This document shows positions 47,437 through 57,521 of a DNA stretch of 64,000 bases, piece after piece (the stretch's first letter is position 1; the number at the start of each line of letters is the position of its first letter). This stretch comes from an uncultured Chitinophagaceae bacterium (GTDB lineage: Bacteria > Bacteroidota > Bacteroidia > Chitinophagales > Chitinophagaceae), in contig CAVOGF010000004.1 in assembly GCA_963695165.1 (NCBI GenBank), positions 304,326 through 368,325 on the forward strand. The letters are read 5' to 3'. Made by a program: the position numbers and the translations under genes. The notes under the pieces were generated by a model, which was given only the letters and a program-made list of their open reading frames with translations, did not search any database and had not been told where the DNA came from.

Positions 47437-48576
47437 ATGGCTATTAACAGATATAATTATGAAGAATATTTTCTGCTTTATGTGGATGATGAATTAAGTC
47501 CGCAGGAACAGCAGGAAGTAAAAGACTTTATAGCACAGCAGGCCGATCTTGCAGAAGAACTTCTTATGCTGCAACAAACAAAATTATTTTCAGAACCACA
47601 TATCAGATTCAACCATAAAGAAAGATTATTTAAAAATGTTCAACGCGCCATTACACCGGATAATTATGAAGAATATTTCCTTTTGTATATAGATGCGGAA
47701 TTGAATGAAAGGGATAAAAAAGAAGTCGAAGATTTTCTTGCGCAAAATCCTCAGATGAAGGCGGCTTTTGATGTATTGCGTCAAACAAAACTTCAACCCG
47801 AAAATATCAGCTGCCCCAACAAAGAACTTTTATATAAAAAAGCAGAAACTGATACGCCTGTGCGGCCAATGATCTGGAAAAAAATTGCCATTGCCGCCAC
47901 ACTTACAGGATTAATAGCTCTACTGTGGTGGCTGGTCCCCGCTGAAAAACAAAGTCAACTGGCCTTACAAACGCCTGTTGAAATAAATAAAGCGCCAAAA
48001 AATGAAGCTCCTGATGCGGCAATTGAAAATCCTGTCATTGCTGAAAAAGCGCCGCAAGCGGAACAAAAAACTATTGTAAAACACAACGAAAACAAATCGT
48101 CCGAATCACATAAAAATGCGATTGCAACCGTTAAAAAACCGGTTACAACAAAAGCGGAACTGGCAAAAATTATAATGCCGGCAGAAAAACAAATCAATAA
48201 AATTAAAGAAGCAGAAATAAAAGCTCCGGCTTTAGTGCGGGAAATTAATAATGAAGATAAGTTGACGGCTATACCCAAAAAATTAATACCACTTGAAGAA
48301 ATAACATCCGAAAAAACAAAAACAACGGAAGCCAGCTATGCAGCAGCTACCAATAAAAATACGATAACCCAACCTGCAGTTTACAAAGAACTTAATACAA
48401 ACGAGGATGATGATAAAACCCTTTATGTAGGATCCCTGCAATTAAACAAGGAAAAAGTAAAAGGTTTTCTTAAGAAAACTTCCCGCCTGTTAGGCGCCAA
48501 AGCAAGGGAAACAGGCGCAGATGATGGCCAGCTTGAAGTAGCAAACCTTCGCTTTGACACCAATAAACTGAAATAA
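47437..48576 (+). CDS. putative anti-sigma factor with duplicated N-terminal domain
   Basis: It lies directly after the ECF sigma gene. It has two ~45-aa repeats (NYEEYFLLYVDDELSPQEQQEVKDFIAQ... and NYEEYFLLYIDAELNERDKKEVEDFLAQ...), one TM segment (IAIAATLTGLIALLWWLV), and a low-complexity K/A/E-rich C-terminal part. Confidence 0.6.
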   Translation: MAINRYNYEEYFLLYVDDELSPQEQQEVKDFIAQQADLAEELLMLQQTKLFSEPHIRFNHKERLFKNVQRAITPDNYEEYFLLYIDAELNERDKKEVEDFLAQNPQMKAAFDVLRQTKLQPENISCPNKELLYKKAETDTPVRPMIWKKIAIAATLTGLIALLWWLVPAEKQSQLALQTPVEINKAPKNEAPDAAIENPVIAEKAPQAEQKTIVKHNENKSSESHKNAIATVKKPVTTKAELAKIIMPAEKQINKIKEAEIKAPALVREINNEDKLTAIPKKLIPLEEITSEKTKTTEASYAAATNKNTITQPAVYKELNTNEDDDKTLYVGSLQLNKEKVKGFLKKTSRLLGAKARETGADDGQLEVANLRFDTNKLK

Positions 48577-48593
48577 TTTTCAAACCATAATTT

Positions 48594-49439
48594 ATGAACA
48601 GAACAGTAATTGTGCTGGCGGCAATGTTGCTTGCTTCAGCCGGATATGCTCAAACAGACAGCACGCAGAATAACGAACCCGATACCATTCGTGTGGGCAA
48701 TTTTGTGATAGTAAAAAAGAATAAACACGGCGCTACCAGTGAAGAAAATCATTCTTTCAATATCCGTATTGGCTCCAATAAAAAGAACCGCTCTAATGTA
48801 AATACCAACTGGTTTATCTTCGACCTGGGCTTTGCAAACTGGAGGGATGAAACCAATTATGGATCCGGGGAAACCAACAGCTACTTAAAAACACTTCCGG
48901 GTCAAGAGCCTTTTACAAAGGATGATTTTAAATTAAAAACGGTGAAATCATCCAACGTAAATATCTGGCTTTTCATGCAAAAGTTGAATGTCACTAAAAA
49001 TGTTTTGAACCTTAAATATGGACTGGGTTTGGAAATGTATAATTTCCGCTACGAAAACAATATCAGTTATCATAAATCGCCAGCATACATTTTTAGGGAT
49101 TCAGTTGATTTTTCCAAAGACAAATTATATGTGGGTTATTTAACCGTTCCATTTATGATAAATGTAAATACCACTCCTTCAAAACGCAATGGTTTTAGTT
49201 TCAGCACTGGAGTTAGCGCCGGCTACCGTATTGGAAGCCGTAACAAACAAATAAGCTCTGAAAGAGGAAAACAAAAATTAAACGGCGACTTTAATCTTGA
49301 AAAATGGCGGCTCGCATATATTGCTGAAGCAGGATTAGGGCCGGTTCGCCTGTATGGTTCTTATAGCATCAACCCCCTGCATGAAGACGGATTAAAACAA
49401 TATCCTTTTGCAGTAGGCATACGTTTCAGTAATTGGTAA
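48594..49439 (+). CDS. outer membrane beta-barrel protein (porin-like)
   Basis: Signal peptide MNRTVIVLAAMLLASAGYAQ, alternating beta-strand pattern, and the terminal motif ...AVGIRFSNW (aromatic C-terminus). Confidence 0.65.
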   Translation: MNRTVIVLAAMLLASAGYAQTDSTQNNEPDTIRVGNFVIVKKNKHGATSEENHSFNIRIGSNKKNRSNVNTNWFIFDLGFANWRDETNYGSGETNSYLKTLPGQEPFTKDDFKLKTVKSSNVNIWLFMQKLNVTKNVLNLKYGLGLEMYNFRYENNISYHKSPAYIFRDSVDFSKDKLYVGYLTVPFMINVNTTPSKRNGFSFSTGVSAGYRIGSRNKQISSERGKQKLNGDFNLEKWRLAYIAEAGLGPVRLYGSYSINPLHEDGLKQYPFAVGIRFSNW

Positions 49440-49458
49440 AAATATTTTAAACAGTAAA

Positions 49459-49499
49459 ATGAGGAATTATAAAATATTAAAACTTTTATAATTCCTCAT
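49459..49499 (+). terminator. intrinsic terminator after the OM beta-barrel gene
   Basis: atgaggaattataaaa ... ttttataattcctcat forms a 16-bp stem, followed by a T-run to ~49506. Confidence 0.7.
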
Positions 49500-49627
49500 T
49501 TTTTTTGTTCTAAATTTATCGGGATTGATTATCAAATGTTTTTTGGAAATTTTTTATGCGATAAAAAATTTCCGCCGCTTCAAATAATGCGAATGAAATT
49601 TTTACGTTCTATTCCCAAACGGATTTT

Positions 49628-50146
49628 ATGAAAAACTGTTTGATGGCCGGATTAGTAGTGACATTGTTTTTCCTTAACACTTCTTTTAATCATCCGGATT
49701 CAAATGCTTCTTATTATGTTGTAATTGATAAAAGTTCGTATGAATTAATCGTGTACGATGCCAAAGGCTGGCTGGTTAAATATCCCGTTGTTTTTGGGAA
49801 CAATGATCTTGGAGATAAATTGTATGAAGGCGACCGCAAAACACCTGAAGGAACATTTACAATCGTGAGCAAACGCGTGCACAGCAAATGGAACCGCTTT
49901 ATGCTGCTCGACTATCCTACACAGGAAGATTATGAAAAATTCAATCTTCGCAAAGCCAGGGGAATTATTCCTGCCAATGCAAAGATTGGCGGTGGTATTG
50001 GCATTCATGGTACCTGGCCTCATGAGGATTATGCGGTGGATCGCTATGATAACTGGACCGAAGGATGCATCAGTCTCAAAAATAAGGACATACAGGAACT
50101 GTTTAATTATTTACCCATAGGAACCCGCGTAACAATTAAACGATAG
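49628..50146 (+). CDS. L,D-transpeptidase (YkuD domain)
   Basis: GGIGIHGT...NWTEGCISLKNKDIQELF contains the YkuD H-G...C catalytic motif. N-terminal signal/anchor. Confidence 0.85.
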   Translation: MKNCLMAGLVVTLFFLNTSFNHPDSNASYYVVIDKSSYELIVYDAKGWLVKYPVVFGNNDLGDKLYEGDRKTPEGTFTIVSKRVHSKWNRFMLLDYPTQEDYEKFNLRKARGIIPANAKIGGGIGIHGTWPHEDYAVDRYDNWTEGCISLKNKDIQELFNYLPIGTRVTIKR

Positions 50147-50147
50147 C

Positions 50148-51261
50148 TTACAGTTTTCCAATTTTTTCATACATGGTTTTAAAAGTTTGCCAGGGTGTAT
50201 TATCGCCGCCTTTGTCGTCTTTTTTATTGCTATAAAATCCGTCCATAAAGGAACCGGCATCCGACCATACGGTTTGCATCATTCCTTTAAGATTGGCTTT
50301 CATTTCCGGGGTGGTTTGTTTTCTGAAATTCAGCATATCATCTGTTTGCATTACCGCTATTGAAGGATTTCTCCAGGGACAGGTTATTACATTCAAGTCC
50401 CTTCATTGCAAAATATATGGCTGTTTTATCCGGTCTTTCATAATGCCAGTCGCAGATCATTACATCTTTTGGAATCATATCAATGGCGCGATGCGTATTG
50501 TTATAACTTGCTTCCCACATGCCCAGGCCGGTTGTTTTTCCATCCAGCAACCGATCGCCCCAAATCCATAACCGGCGGTTCTTTAACCTCAGGTGATCAC
50601 TGATCTTACGCACTTCATTTGCAAATAATTCTGCTTTATCTCTGCCGCCACATCTCGGACATTTGTCGTCGCCGATATAAAACACTTCATCCATACCGGC
50701 ATGAAAAGCATCGGTTTCAAAAGCATCACAGATTTCATCCATCAGTTTAAAAACAATTCCATGTACATCGGGATGCAGCGGACAATAGCTTTTACAATAC
50801 AATCCATCCGCATTGGGCCATACATATTTTTCAGGCATTTTTACATGCGGCGTTTCATCAAACTGCGGATACACGCTTAACAATTTACCGGTACTGGAAG
50901 CCCAGGATTGATGCCCCAATAAATTGATTTGCGGAATGAGCCGGATATTATTTTTTTTACAGGCTTCCACCAGTTTTTTCACATCTGCTTTGGAAAGCGG
51001 ATTGGCATCCCTCAATTCAGGATGCGTTTCAAATTCATAATTATAATCCACTCTTAAGATGAGCGTATTTACTTTTCGCGGAGCAAGTTCTTCATTAATA
51101 AATTTCACAAACTTTGTTACATTGGCCGGCGATGGCGCGGCAATACAAAATCCTCTTACCGGTAAAAGACTATCCAGTTTGTTTTGAGCAACAGATTGAA
51201 AACCTAAAATGGAATTGACAACAAGCACTAATAAAAGCAGGTAATTTTTCATAAACGGCAA
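50148..51261 (-). pseudogene. glycoside hydrolase family 20-like protein, frameshifted
   Basis: ORF 50338-51261 has a signal peptide, LIPQINLLGHQSW and DAFHAGMDEV (GH20 H-x-G-x-DE-type motif). Its C-terminal continuation NVITCPWRN...MMQTVWSD is in ORF 50148-50396 in another frame, with the junction at ~50385-50400. Confidence 0.7.
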
Positions 51262-51385
51262 TCAGTTTGATGTTCTTCAATTAGTGAATATAAGATAGAA
51301 AATCTAAGATAGTTTTTTAAAGTTATTATTAAAAAAACAACCATCCGTTTCAGTAAGAAATCAGAGTTTTTCTACCAGGTTCATC

Positions 51386-51494
51386 AATGCAATTTTTTTT
51401 ATGATACCGGCATTAGTTTTTTATGGCATCGTTCCTTGCGTCGCATTACGTTCATCTCCATATCATTGTGCAGCTTCAGTCTTCATTTCAAAAC
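51386..51494 (+). repeat. ~100-nt intergenic element, copy 2
   Basis: ttttttatgataccggcattagttttttatggcatcgttccttgcgtcgcattacgttcatctccatatcattgtgcagcttcagtcttcatttcaaaac. Confidence 0.75.
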
Positions 51495-51548
51495 AGCCTG
51501 ATTAAACTAAAAAATGATCCTATAAAAAAGACTACTATCTCATTGCCA

Positions 51549-52227
51549 TTAAACTTTTGAAACAAGTTGAGGCCGCACCACAGCAGTTCTGTTATAATCA
51601 ATCCAATACCCCCAGCCAATTAAAATCCATTGGGATAATGCGCCTTTAGCAATCGAATCCACCGATGTTGGAAGCGGGCCAAATATATTCATAAAATAGA
51701 TCGCGACTAAAAATACAATCAATATCCATACTGAAATCCTGCCTGTTTTATTCCTTGCTTTGGTTGATCTAAAATATAAAAATACTCCGCCAATGAACAA
51801 AATTAATTCTACAAAAATGGTTGCCAATTTATGATTCCAAAGCCCAAGACCAGTTGTAAATATCGGAGAAGGGCGATAGTGGCAAATCGGGCCGGTGCGT
51901 AATCCAGTCGAGCACCCAATGGCTCAATACAAGTGCGCCTATAAGCAAAGCAGCTTTTCCGTTTTTCTTAAAAATATAATAAACAAGACCGAATAAAACG
52001 GACCAGCATAAAGCAAACAATAAACTGTGTGAAACAGGATAATGTACAAAATTAAGTGGTGTAAAATCTGTGTTTCCCGGCTCAATTGTTACGGATTCAT
52101 AACCCATCAGTAGCAATAATGGCCATAAAAGATCAAGCCATTGCGCGGCAAGAAACAGCGTTCCCAATGAAGGTTTCGGGTTTACTTTTTTAGCAGCAAA
52201 AGCAACTGCATAATGACCTAAAAACAT
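51549..52227 (-). pseudogene. membrane protein, putative metal-dependent hydrolase-like (DUF457-like), frameshifted
   Basis: ORFs 51829-52227 (MFLGHYAVAFAAKK...HRPDLPLSP) and 51549-51827 are adjacent. Across ~51860-51885 a third frame reads LGLWNHKLATIFVELILF, which joins the two halves as in single-protein homologues known to me. Confidence 0.55.
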
Positions 52228-52247
52228 GGTTTAATTATTTATTTTAT

Positions 52248-52703
52248 TTATGATAATAATTTTGAGTAAAGTATTCTTAGATAGTAAATTCCTATTGGGG
52301 GAACCAGTAAGCAAAAAAATATAATAATTATTTTTCCGGTTGGAATGGGCTGCCCGCTTCTTTTGAGAAATAAATTTGATAAGCAAATAGCGAGATCAAT
52401 AAAAATCACGAAGTAAGCTATTGAAAAAATAGATTTAAAACCAGCACTAAGCGTAACATTTTTGCCAATATAAATCCAAATAGTACCAATAGCATACAAA
52501 ATAAGCAACAGAACACATTCTATCTTATTTCTTAATCTCACATACCCTGTTTCTTCATTATCCCTTTTTAATAAAAATGAGGTGTATGCAAGAAAAAAAA
52601 GAAAATATAGAGCAGAAGGCACAGCTGGTTGCTCAGAAAAAAATAAACATGGAAGAGTAAATAAGAATAATAACAACCAAGGATTTATTTTAAATATATT
52701 CAT
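52248..52703 (-). CDS. hypothetical integral membrane protein
   Basis: 151 aa with 4-5 hydrophobic segments and no recognisable motif. Confidence 0.45.
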   Translation of the reverse strand: MNIFKINPWLLLFLFTLPCLFFSEQPAVPSALYFLFFLAYTSFLLKRDNEETGYVRLRNKIECVLLLILYAIGTIWIYIGKNVTLSAGFKSIFSIAYFVIFIDLAICLSNLFLKRSGQPIPTGKIIIIFFCLLVPPIGIYYLRILYSKLLS

Positions 52704-52781
52704 ATGAAAAATTTTTTCATTAAATATGTAGCAATTGTAGACTGCCTCATAAACAACGATTATTTGCCTTCGTCTCCAATT

Positions 52782-53543
52782 TTATTTTCCCAGCCAGTCC
52801 TTAAACTCAACTACTTTATCCATACTTACAAAAACCTCATCCTTCATAGCCGGGGCCAGCTCCAGTTTTATTTTTCCTTTTGAATAGACATGCATATTAA
52901 TAATAGCACCCAATTTCACCATCATCTGCCTGTTGACCCGGTAATACATTTTGGGATCTAAAACAAATGAAAGTTTATCCAGACTATAGTCAACAGGAAA
53001 ACGTTGATTGTCTTTGGTAACCAAAAAAGTTATTTTATCGGCGCTATAAAAATAGCGGATATCTTCGGCCTCAATGGTTTTTAATCGTGAACCGATTGAT
53101 ACAAGAAACCGTTGTTTGTATTCCGGCTCTTTTTTATGCAATGATTGCAGCAGTTCTTCAAAACCGGAATTCTCTTTTTTGTTTTGCTGGTATAAACTTT
53201 TATACTTTTCTATCGCCTGTGCAAGTTCTTCATAATTGAGTGGTTTCATCAGATAATCCACACTGTTTACCTTAAAAGCTTTGATCATATACTCATCATA
53301 AGCGGTGGTAAATACAACAGGTGTGGTTAAATTGATGGTTTCAAATATGCTAAAGCACTGCCCGTCTTCCAGGTGAATGTCCATAAAGACCAGATCCGGA
53401 TCGGGATTGGATTTGAACCAGTCAACAGATTCAGATACGGAAGGCAATACCGCATCAATCTGCATAGTGGCATCATATTTATGCAACATATTTTCTAACC
53501 GCTGAGCCGTAAGCTGCTCATCTTCTATAATAACTACCCGCAT
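52782..53543 (-). CDS. LytR/AlgR (LytTR) family response regulator
   Basis: Receiver domain MRVVIIEDE...DLVFMDIHLEDG and a C-terminal LytTR DNA-binding domain (...YRVNRQMMVKL...). Confidence 0.9.
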   Translation of the reverse strand: MRVVIIEDEQLTAQRLENMLHKYDATMQIDAVLPSVSESVDWFKSNPDPDLVFMDIHLEDGQCFSIFETINLTTPVVFTTAYDEYMIKAFKVNSVDYLMKPLNYEELAQAIEKYKSLYQQNKKENSGFEELLQSLHKKEPEYKQRFLVSIGSRLKTIEAEDIRYFYSADKITFLVTKDNQRFPVDYSLDKLSFVLDPKMYYRVNRQMMVKLGAIINMHVYSKGKIKLELAPAMKDEVFVSMDKVVEFKDWLGK

Positions 53544-53550
53544 AATTTCT

Positions 53551-54603
53551 CTAATTTAATAATGGTATGGTAACGGTAAATGATTGATTATTTTGTTGAA
53601 TATCCGGCTTTTTATCCGTGATCAGTTCGTAGCGTTTAATAATATTTTGCAACCCTATTCCCGTAGATTTTTCGTACTGCTCTCTTAAATTGATATTGTT
53701 CTCAACTACCAGTAAATTATCTTTTTGGGTAACGCTGATTTGCAGAGGTTCGGCATTGGACATTTTATTATGTTTCAATGCATTTTCCACCAGCATTTGC
53801 AAAGTAAGCGGTGGAAGTTTTAAAACTTCCGTATTGTCATTTATATGCTTGTGCAACTGTATTTTTTTCTCAAACCTTATCTGCATGAGAAAGAAATAAG
53901 CATCCAAAAAATCAAGCTCCTCCTTCAGGGTTACAAGGGCCGTTTCCTTTTGGTCCAGTATATACCTGTAAGCTTTGGAAAGCTGAATTATAAAACGCTC
54001 AGAGGTTTCCGCGCTTACATGCACCAAAGAAGAAAGCACGCTTAAACTATTAAATAAAAAATGCGGATTAACCTGGCTTTTCAACGCCTGCAAAAACAGT
54101 TGGGCGTATTCCTTTTGCAACCTTGCAGTTTGTGCAGCTTTTTCCTGTAATAAGCGATATAAATTCAATGAGGTAACAAACAGGTAAATAAAAGAACATC
54201 CTATCAGGTTTACTACGATGTATAAGCGGAATTGCCATCCCACATTCAATAAATAAGATGCGTAATTGCTATTACCGGTCATCAGCACAAAATAAAAATA
54301 AAGATGCCAGAAGGAAACATATAAGATAACCGGGTATTCGATCAGATACCTGTACCAACGGTGTTTTTTATTTCCCATCATTAAATTAAAAACGAGGGTA
54401 ACCAGGTAAATAATGACAACGGATAAAATATTCAATAAAGCAGTCATTCCGACATCAATGATAAAACGCCGCGGAACAAAATTGGCCGTAATTATAGAAA
54501 ACAAAAATGGAAAAGCCACACTCAACACCAGTAATAAAATGATACTAAACCGGAGAACATGAATTTTTTCAAACCCCTCTACTGATTTATTTTTCATTCG
54601 CAT
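53551..54603 (-). CDS. sensor histidine kinase (LytS/YehU-type, His_kinase domain)
   Basis: TM-rich N-terminus, LKSQVNPHFLFNSLSVLSSLV (His_kinase H-box region), and N-box LQMLVENALKHN. Confidence 0.88.
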   Translation of the reverse strand: MRMKNKSVEGFEKIHVLRFSIILLLVLSVAFPFLFSIITANFVPRRFIIDVGMTALLNILSVVIIYLVTLVFNLMMGNKKHRWYRYLIEYPVILYVSFWHLYFYFVLMTGNSNYASYLLNVGWQFRLYIVVNLIGCSFIYLFVTSLNLYRLLQEKAAQTARLQKEYAQLFLQALKSQVNPHFLFNSLSVLSSLVHVSAETSERFIIQLSKAYRYILDQKETALVTLKEELDFLDAYFFLMQIRFEKKIQLHKHINDNTEVLKLPPLTLQMLVENALKHNKMSNAEPLQISVTQKDNLLVVENNINLREQYEKSTGIGLQNIIKRYELITDKKPDIQQNNQSFTVTIPLLN

Positions 54604-55673
54604 GCAATAAAGGGATTTTAATGGTTTTTAACTGGGTGAGCTCATCAGTAGTTTCTTCAATATTTTTTCTAAGTTCAGAATAATGATTTTTAAGGCTAAT
54701 GAACTGATCATATAAATGCATGGTCTGAAGCGCTTTGGGTTGCATGGAATAGCGTAATAATAGTACATGTCCGCCCGCTACCACATCAATCCACAAGGGC
54801 TTTTTCAGAGACATGCTATTACTGCCAATGATGTATTCAAAAATTATCAGCAAGGTATGCGGAAGCAAAAACAATTTTTGTGCATCACACTGAATATTTT
54901 CCGTGATCAGTAATTTATCGCCGTAGCGCTGAAATGTCAAAAATTTAAAGTTGTTTAAAAAATCCAGTTCAAGCGATAGTTGCACCGCTTCCTTTTCCCT
55001 TTGATCCAAAAGATAGCGATATGTTTTAGAAAGCTTTTCTATAAATAGTCTCAGCTTTATTTTCATCTGCATATACCAGCGATGTAAGTACACTCAGACT
55101 GTTAAATAAAAAATGCGGATTCAACTGATTCTTTAAAGCTTCGAATTGTTTTTCAGCAAATTCTTTTTGCCATTGCAAAAGTTCAAGCTGCTTTTGCTGA
55201 AGGTTTTTATAAATACGGAAACCGATGAGCAACCCATACATCAGCAGCAACATGGTTTGTGAAACCTCCTGCATATTTACCAGGCGCTGTTGCAGCAGTT
55301 GCATATTTTCTTCCGGGGCTACAACGAATTTTACAAAAAGATGGTGAAAGAATACATTAATACCGAAGCCGGCTACAATCACAAACAATAATTCATAAAT
55401 ATAGTAGCGCAATACAAATTCCTTTCCCGAAAAACGTTTATCAAAAAACCGCATGGAAAAATAAAGAAAATACATGGCGCTGATAAGCTGTACCAGGATA
55501 AGCAATCCTTCTCTGAATATATCTGTCCAATTAAAATTTAAAAAAACAGACCCATAATTTACATACAGCAATAATAAAGTCAATAAAAAAAACAACAGCA
55601 AACCGCTTAGTGGCAGCCAAAAATGAACACTTTTTGAGATTTTTTTTATTTGCATACTAATTATTGTAACCAA
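54587..55673 (-). pseudogene. second LytS-type histidine kinase paralogue, frameshifted and with degenerate ATPase N-box
   Basis: ORF 55026-55673 ends ...LKNQLNPHFLFNSLSVLTSLVYADENKAE. The continuation FIEKLSKTYRYLLDQRE... is in ORF 54587-55093 in another frame, with the junction at ~55030-55065. Where the N-box should be it reads LLPHTLLIIFEYIIGSN. Confidence 0.7.
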
Positions 55674-56205
55674 CTGTAAAATTCATTTTTTACTTCAATT
55701 TTCCTGTCTTCTTTCCGATGAATGACGAATATAAATGGATGAACGCCTTTGCAAACTGCTTTTAGATAAAATTTAAAGCATACTGCATCAAGAAAATATA
55801 GGTGCCGGGCTTTAGAAGTTTTTAGCATAATATGAATTTGCACTGCAAAAATTGAATAGAACATTCATTTAAATAAGAAAAAGTTTCCGGATGCCGGATA
55901 AGTGCATCTGGACTAAGGAAAAACCCGGATCAGGCGATTCCGTTTAAATGAAATTATATTTAAAATACACTTTCAAATTTGAATAAAAATACTTTCTGCA
56001 AATGAGCGCATGTTTTGAACAAAAATGCATTAAAAACAGTGTTCATCAGAAGCCATTACAAGTAATAGTATGGAATAAAATTTGTTATTTATAACCGGTA
56101 GATAATAAAAAAGGGGAGCAAGAATTGTTCTTGTCCGACTAATGATACCGGATGTAAAGTTTTGATTTGAGTTTTTAAATAACCAACGGGATTAATCCTC
56201 TCATT

Positions 56206-57384
56206 ATGAGCATTTACCCTATAAAAATAATAACGTGTTTATTGTTGTTCTTTACATCTTTATTTGTGTTTTCTTCTTGTGGCAGTAAAAATCAAAAAAC
56301 CGGTACAGCCCAAACCAACCAGGTAAAAGATTACCCGACACTTACCATTATTCCACATACTACAACCATATACACCGATTATCCGGCCACAATTGAAGGG
56401 CAGGAAAATGTGGAAATACGTCCAAAGATTGATGGTTATCTTGAGAAAATGTATATAGATGAAGGCGCCACCGTAAAAAAGGGCGAGCCGCTTTTTCAGA
56501 TTAGCGCCCCACAATATGAGCAGGAAGTAAGAACCGCCCTGGCAAATATTAAAATTGCCCAGGCCGATGTAAATGCCGCCCTGATGAATGTTAACAAGGT
56601 TAGTCCGCTAGTACAGAAGAATATTATCAGTAAATATGAATTAGAATCAGCAGAATATACCTTAGAGGCAAAGCAAGCGGCACTTGCCCAGGCAAATGCC
56701 GCCCTTGCCAATGCAAAAACCAACCTTGGATATACTTTAGTTTCAAGCCCTGTAAATGGCGTAGTCGGTTCCATCCCTTATAAGCTGGGAAGTTTGGTCA
56801 GCAGCAATACCACGCAACCGCTTACAACAGTCTCTAATATTGGAAATGTCTATGCTTATTTTTCAGTTAACGAGAAGCAGGCACTTGCATTTTCAAAAAA
56901 TACAAAAGGTGCTACCACAGCGGCCAGGCTGGCCTCTCTTCCACCTGTATCATTAATACTTTCAGATGGCACAGAATTTCCGAGGAAAGGCCGTATTCAA
57001 ACGGCAAGTGGATTAATCAATACTCAAACAGGTTCTCTTAGTGTAAGAGCTGTCTTTCCGAATCCGGGCAACATTATACGTAGCGGTAGCAGCGGGGCAG
57101 TGCGCATACCATCCACGGTTGATTCTGCCATCCTGGTACCTCAGAAATCCACTTTCGAAATACAAGGAAAAACATTTTTGTACCTGGTATCGGATTCAGG
57201 AACGGTTAAAAGTTCGCAGATAGAAATATTGAGTAACAGTGGAGGGCAATATTTTGTAGTGACCAAAGGATTGAAACCCGGTGATAAAATTGTAGTGGAA
57301 GGTGTGGCCACGCTTCGTGAGGGAGCCCAGATAAAACCCAGGGAAATAAATGCAGATAGTATGTACCAGCAAATGAAGCAATAG
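56206..57384 (+). CDS. RND efflux periplasmic adaptor (AcrA-like lipoprotein)
   Basis: Lipobox LFVFSSCGS, a lipoyl motif (DGYLEKMYIDEGATVKKGEPLFQI), a coiled-coil hairpin, and beta-barrel/MP domains. Confidence 0.9.
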   Translation: MSIYPIKIITCLLLFFTSLFVFSSCGSKNQKTGTAQTNQVKDYPTLTIIPHTTTIYTDYPATIEGQENVEIRPKIDGYLEKMYIDEGATVKKGEPLFQISAPQYEQEVRTALANIKIAQADVNAALMNVNKVSPLVQKNIISKYELESAEYTLEAKQAALAQANAALANAKTNLGYTLVSSPVNGVVGSIPYKLGSLVSSNTTQPLTTVSNIGNVYAYFSVNEKQALAFSKNTKGATTAARLASLPPVSLILSDGTEFPRKGRIQTASGLINTQTGSLSVRAVFPNPGNIIRSGSSGAVRIPSTVDSAILVPQKSTFEIQGKTFLYLVSDSGTVKSSQIEILSNSGGQYFVVTKGLKPGDKIVVEGVATLREGAQIKPREINADSMYQQMKQ

Positions 57385-57512
57385 CTAGGATTTAGGATTT
57401 ACCACTAATAACCAACAACCGTCAATTGTAGAAATCAGGATTTGGGATTAAGGATTTAGAACATAATAAATTTCTACGAAAACCACCAACCGCCAAACTT
57501 GCGATTATTTAA
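57385..57512. repeat. short-period word repeats inside the acrA-like/acrB-like spacer (AGGATTTAGG and CAACC/CCACCAAC words)
   Basis: ctaggatttaggatttaccactaataaccaacaaccgtcaattgtagaaatcaggatttgggattaaggatttag...aaaaccaccaaccgccaaac. Confidence 0.75.
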
Positions 57513-57521
57513 ACAAAATTT

